From NCBI GenBank assembly GCA_041613315.1, contig JBFJHJ010000037.1:1-28441 (forward strand): 28,441 bases of DNA, written 5' to 3'. Both the position numbers and the translations under genes were made by a program. The DNA comes from Gemmatimonadales bacterium. Its GTDB lineage: Bacteria > Gemmatimonadota > Gemmatimonadetes > Gemmatimonadales > GWC2-71-9. Positions 25,196-28,441 of the stretch are shown piece by piece (positions within the stretch are counted from its first letter, which is position 1; every line of letters begins with the position of its first letter). The notes under the pieces are model-generated. The model worked only from the letters and a program-made list of their open reading frames with translations. It made no database searches and was not told the DNA's origin.

Positions 25196-26337
25196 CAACG
25201 ACGCCAAAACCGGTATCCGCCGACCGCGCGCGCCCGCGGGTGGACGCGGCGTACCTCGCGAACACGCTCACCGCGCTGCTCGAGATTCCGAGCCCCACCG
25301 GGTACACGGATCGGATCGTCCGCTGGACCGGCGAGGAGCTCGGCCGTCTCGGCATTCGCTACGAGTGCACCCGACGCGGCGCGATCCGCGCCGACCTGCC
25401 AGGACGGCGCCAAAGTCCCGACCGGGCCATCGTCGCGCATCTCGACACGCTCGGCGCGATGGTGACGGCGCTCAAGCCGAACGGCCGCCTCGCGCTCGCG
25501 CCGATCGGGACTTGGTCGAGCCGCTTCGCCGAGGGCGCGCGCGTGACGATCTTCACCGACGCGGCATCCCGGCGAGGGACGGTGCTGCCGCTCAAGGCGT
25601 CGGGGCACGCCTACGATGACGAGGTGGAAAGCCAGCCCGTGACCTGGGACCAGCTCGAGCTCCGGGTGGACGACGTGGCCCGCAGCGCCGATGAGCTCCG
25701 GGCCCTGGGGTTCGACATCGGAAATTACGTCGCGTTCGACGCCGCACCGGAGATCGCGCCGTCCGGCTTCGTGAATGCCCGGCATCTGGACGACAAGGCC
25801 GGTGTCGCCGTGGTGCTAACCGCGGCGCGCGCGGTGCTCGCGACCGAGCGCGAGCTACCCGTGGACTGCCACCTCATCTTCACGATCAGCGAGGAAGTGG
25901 GCTCGGGAAGCTCGCACACCCTGCATGGCGATGTGGCCGAGATGGTGACGGTGGACAACGCGACGCAGGCGCCCGGGCAAAACACGAGTGAGTTCGGCGT
26001 CACGATTGCGATGATGGATTCCGCCGGGCCGTTCGACTACCACCTCACCCACAAGTTGCTGCGCTTGTGCCGGGATCACGGCATTCCTCATCAGCGAGAT
26101 GTCTTCAAGCACTACCGCAGCGACAGCGCCTCTGCCGTAGAGGCCGGCAACGATCTCCGCACCGCGCTCGCCTGCTTTGGGGTGGACGCCTCGCATGGGT
26201 ACGAGCGGACGCACGTGGACGCGCTGCGTGCGCTCAGCGAACTGCTTGCCTTGTACATGCTCAGCGAGCCGGCGGTGGCGCGGGATGCGGACGAGTTGGC
26301 GCCGCTCGAAGGGTTTCCGACGCAGCCCGGAAGCTGA
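25192..26337 (+). CDS. NAGGN-system M42 family peptidase
   Basis: ATG 25192 (ATGA overlap with ngg). IPSPTGYTD, AHLDTLGAMV, PIGTWSSRFAEG, ARHLDDKAG, SEEVG, GPFDYHLT, DASHGYERTH. The ORF-track extension to 24373 is a shadow of ngg. Confidence 0.92.
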   Translation: MTTTPKPVSADRARPRVDAAYLANTLTALLEIPSPTGYTDRIVRWTGEELGRLGIRYECTRRGAIRADLPGRRQSPDRAIVAHLDTLGAMVTALKPNGRLALAPIGTWSSRFAEGARVTIFTDAASRRGTVLPLKASGHAYDDEVESQPVTWDQLELRVDDVARSADELRALGFDIGNYVAFDAAPEIAPSGFVNARHLDDKAGVAVVLTAARAVLATERELPVDCHLIFTISEEVGSGSSHTLHGDVAEMVTVDNATQAPGQNTSEFGVTIAMMDSAGPFDYHLTHKLLRLCRDHGIPHQRDVFKHYRSDSASAVEAGNDLRTALACFGVDASHGYERTHVDALRALSELLALYMLSEPAVARDADELAPLEGFPTQPGS

Positions 26338-26350
26338 CCAGGCCCGGTGC

Positions 26351-26380
26351 TTGACAACGTCGTGCACGCGGCGAAATACT
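26351..26380 (+). promoter_or_regulatory. Putative sigma70 promoter for the TonB receptor locus
   Basis: Consensus TTGACA (26351-26356) and AATACT (26375-26380) with an 18-nt spacer. Confidence 0.5.
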
Positions 26381-26384
26381 TGAT

Positions 26385-27065
26385 GTGATTGAGGTACGCC
26401 GCGGAACAACGGCCTCCGCCGGGTTCCGCGCAACGGGCGCGCCTCGGCGCGCTGCCCGTCCGGCTCTCCCTCAGGAGCCGTCTACGAACGTAACGCAGGA
26501 TCGCTCGAATCTCCGCACGCCGCGGAGCGGCCCGCGCTGGGCGCTGGCGCGGCTGCCGCGCGGCACGTGGTTGGCAGGTGCGGTCGTCCTGCTCGGCGTG
26601 GGACCGATGGCTCCGGTCGCCGGTGCCCAGCAGCAGCAGACGAAGCAGCCATCGGGGTCGGCCACCTCCTGTGATGTGATCACGGCCGCGGACATGGAGC
26701 ACGAGCGCTCGGTCACCACCGCATTACGATCACACGTGACGGGGCTCCACCTCACGCCCACGAGCGGTCAGGCGGGCGGCGGCAACAAGGTGAACCTGCG
26801 GGGCGTCACCAGCATGCGGCGAAACCCTCCGCTCCTGTTCATCGATGGGATCAAGATCGGAGAGCCCTACGGGAGCGGTCCGGACATCGGCATGCTGGAC
26901 CAGCTGAACCCGGAGGACGTGTTGCTCATCGAGGTGTTTCACGGTCCGGCCGCCACGACCCTGTACGGGACCGAGGGGTCGGGGGGCGTGATCCGAGTCT
27001 TCACCAAACGCGGGAATCCACGCGCCGAGCTGCTGAGCGACCCACGCGCTCGGTGCCTACCGTAG
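26385..27065 (+). CDS. Stand-alone TonB-dependent receptor plug-domain protein with signal peptide; start uncertain
   Basis: Signal peptide ending VAGA-QQ. SusC-type plug motifs SGQAGGG..VNLRG, PPLLFIDG, LNPEDV..IEV.HGPAATTLYGTEGSGGVIRVFTKRG. Stop follows about 15 residues later, so there is no beta-barrel. Confidence 0.85.
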   Translation: MIEVRRGTTASAGFRATGAPRRAARPALPQEPSTNVTQDRSNLRTPRSGPRWALARLPRGTWLAGAVVLLGVGPMAPVAGAQQQQTKQPSGSATSCDVITAADMEHERSVTTALRSHVTGLHLTPTSGQAGGGNKVNLRGVTSMRRNPPLLFIDGIKIGEPYGSGPDIGMLDQLNPEDVLLIEVFHGPAATTLYGTEGSGGVIRVFTKRGNPRAELLSDPRARCLP

Positions 27066-27140
27066 GACCCGGCAGCCGGCCACAGGTCCGGCCGGCGCTG
27101 GCACAGCAACAGTGCAGTGCATCCTGTTGAGGAGGTTCCA

Positions 27141-28441
27141 ATGAGTATCACGAGGTTTGTCAGGCACGGCTTCGGGCCGTCCAACCCGCAGTGCGACGCG
27201 GCGCGGCTCCTCCGCACGGCTCTGGTCACGTGCGCAGCGCTCCTGTGGGCGTTACCGCTCCAGGGTCAGACCGGGGCAGTCTCGGGGCGCGTCGTCGAGC
27301 AGGCGACCGCGCAGCCGATCGAAGGCGTCCAGGTGCTCGTCGTCGGCACCAATGTCAGCACGCGAACCGGACAGGACGGGCGCTACAGCCTGGTGGGCGT
27401 CCCAGCGGGATCGCACCAGATCCGGGCGGTGATCATCGGGTACGCCACCCGGACGGCGACATTGACGATCCAGTCGGGCGTGATCGCGACGCTGGACCTC
27501 CAACTCAGCCGCGCCGTGGTGTCGCTCGATGCCATGGTCGTGACCGGCACGGCCGGGGAAGTCAGCCGCAAGGAGATCGGGAACACCATCAGCCAGATCT
27601 CGGCGCGGGACATCGAGAATATCCCCACGCCCACGATGAGCGACGTGCTTCAGGGCATGGCCTCCGGCGTGATCGTCATGGACAACGCGGGACAGGCAGG
27701 AGCGGGGAAGCAGATTCGCCTCCGCGGCAACAACTCCATCTCGCAGGGCAACACGCCGCTCATCTACATCGACGGCGTCCGCATCTCCGAGCAATTCTAT
27801 GCCGCGGCGGACGAAGCGGGGTACCAGGCCATGAACCCGATCGATGACATCAATCCCGCCGACATTGATCGCGTCGAGATCATCAAGGGCGCGGCTGCGA
27901 CCACGCTGTACGGCACGCAGGCGTCCGCCGGCGTGATCCAAGTCTTCACGAAGCGCGGGGTGCAGGGGGCCCCACGCTGGTCGGTGGGCATCGACCAGGG
28001 GTTCAACACCATGGGGCACATCGGGCCCGACGAGAGCATCAATCCCACTGGGCTCGGATTGAACAACTGCAACTTCACCGGCATCGCCGGGAGTACCACG
28101 TTCGCGACGGGCGACCCGCTGTTTCCGGCGGACACGACCTGCCCGCCAAGTGGGAGCTGGTTCCAGACCGGTTACCTCCAGCGGTACAACGTGTCGGTGC
28201 GGGGTGGCGCCGAATCGCTCAATTACTTCGTGTCCGGTCGCTACGGACAGGAAGACGGCATTCTCGGAGACCAGGGAAGCGAGGAGTATAGCCTTCGAGG
28301 CAACTTCGGCTTTTCACCCGGGCGGACGTTCACGGTCCTGTTGAACAACAGCTACACCCGCCGAAAGGTCACATGGGTCCCGGACGGCAACAACCGCGAG
28401 GGGTTCCTGCTCAACGTGATGCGTGGGGAGAGCGACTACAC
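27141..28441 (+). CDS. SusC/RagA-family TonB-dependent outer membrane receptor, N-terminal part; runs off the window edge
   Basis: Not in the ORF track because it has no stop in the window. GAGGAGG SD then ATG 27141: MSITRFVRHGF...LPLQGQTGAVSGRVVEQ (carboxypeptidase-regulatory-like domain), VVTGTAG (TonB-box region), IRLRGNNSISQGNTPLIYIDG, DINPADIDRVEIIKGAAATTLYGTQASAGVIQVFTKRG. Confidence 0.92.
   Translation, partial: MSITRFVRHGFGPSNPQCDAARLLRTALVTCAALLWALPLQGQTGAVSGRVVEQATAQPIEGVQVLVVGTNVSTRTGQDGRYSLVGVPAGSHQIRAVIIGYATRTATLTIQSGVIATLDLQLSRAVVSLDAMVVTGTAGEVSRKEIGNTISQISARDIENIPTPTMSDVLQGMASGVIVMDNAGQAGAGKQIRLRGNNSISQGNTPLIYIDGVRISEQFYAAADEAGYQAMNPIDDINPADIDRVEIIKGAAATTLYGTQASAGVIQVFTKRGVQGAPRWSVGIDQGFNTMGHIGPDESINPTGLGLNNCNFTGIAGSTTFATGDPLFPADTTCPPSGSWFQTGYLQRYNVSVRGGAESLNYFVSGRYGQEDGILGDQGSEEYSLRGNFGFSPGRTFTVLLNNSYTRRKVTWVPDGNNREGFLLNVMRGESDY

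Noticed and set aside
27070..27130. Hairpins between the plug gene and the SusC-like gene (GCCGGCC/GGCCGGC, CAACAG/CTGTTG) as a terminator or riboswitch
   Set aside because: Short stems, no U-tract and no recognizable aptamer. The SD is left mostly exposed.

Overview
High-GC (roughly 70%) bacterial chromosomal segment. Gene content (TIGR03545/03546 pair, three VPS10/Asp-box proteins, SusC-like TonB receptors) suggests Gemmatimonadota, which is inference only. In order: partial TIGR03545 gene and TIGR03546 gene (-); ADP-forming acyl-CoA synthetase, TIGR01777 oxidoreductase and an atypical signal peptidase I homolog (+); small membrane protein and DAHP synthase aroF (-) preceded by an unannotated Tyr/Trp leader-peptide attenuator; tRNA-Thr(CGT) and tRNA-Leu(GAG) (-); tandem receiver-domain protein (+); ATP-grasp ligase and Nfu/NifU Fe-S carrier (-); three ~1050-aa secreted VPS10/BNR paralogs; egtD-egtB ergothioneine genes (-) divergent from the three-gene NAGGN osmoprotectant operon (+); a plug-only TonB protein and the start of a SusC/RagA-type receptor (+). 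No mobile element, CRISPR array or rRNA was seen. Main highlights: the aroF attenuator, three genes whose N-termini seem to need non-AUG starts or recoding, a signal peptidase homolog with Arg in place of the catalytic Lys, and a ~97% identical tract shared by two VPS10 paralogs.
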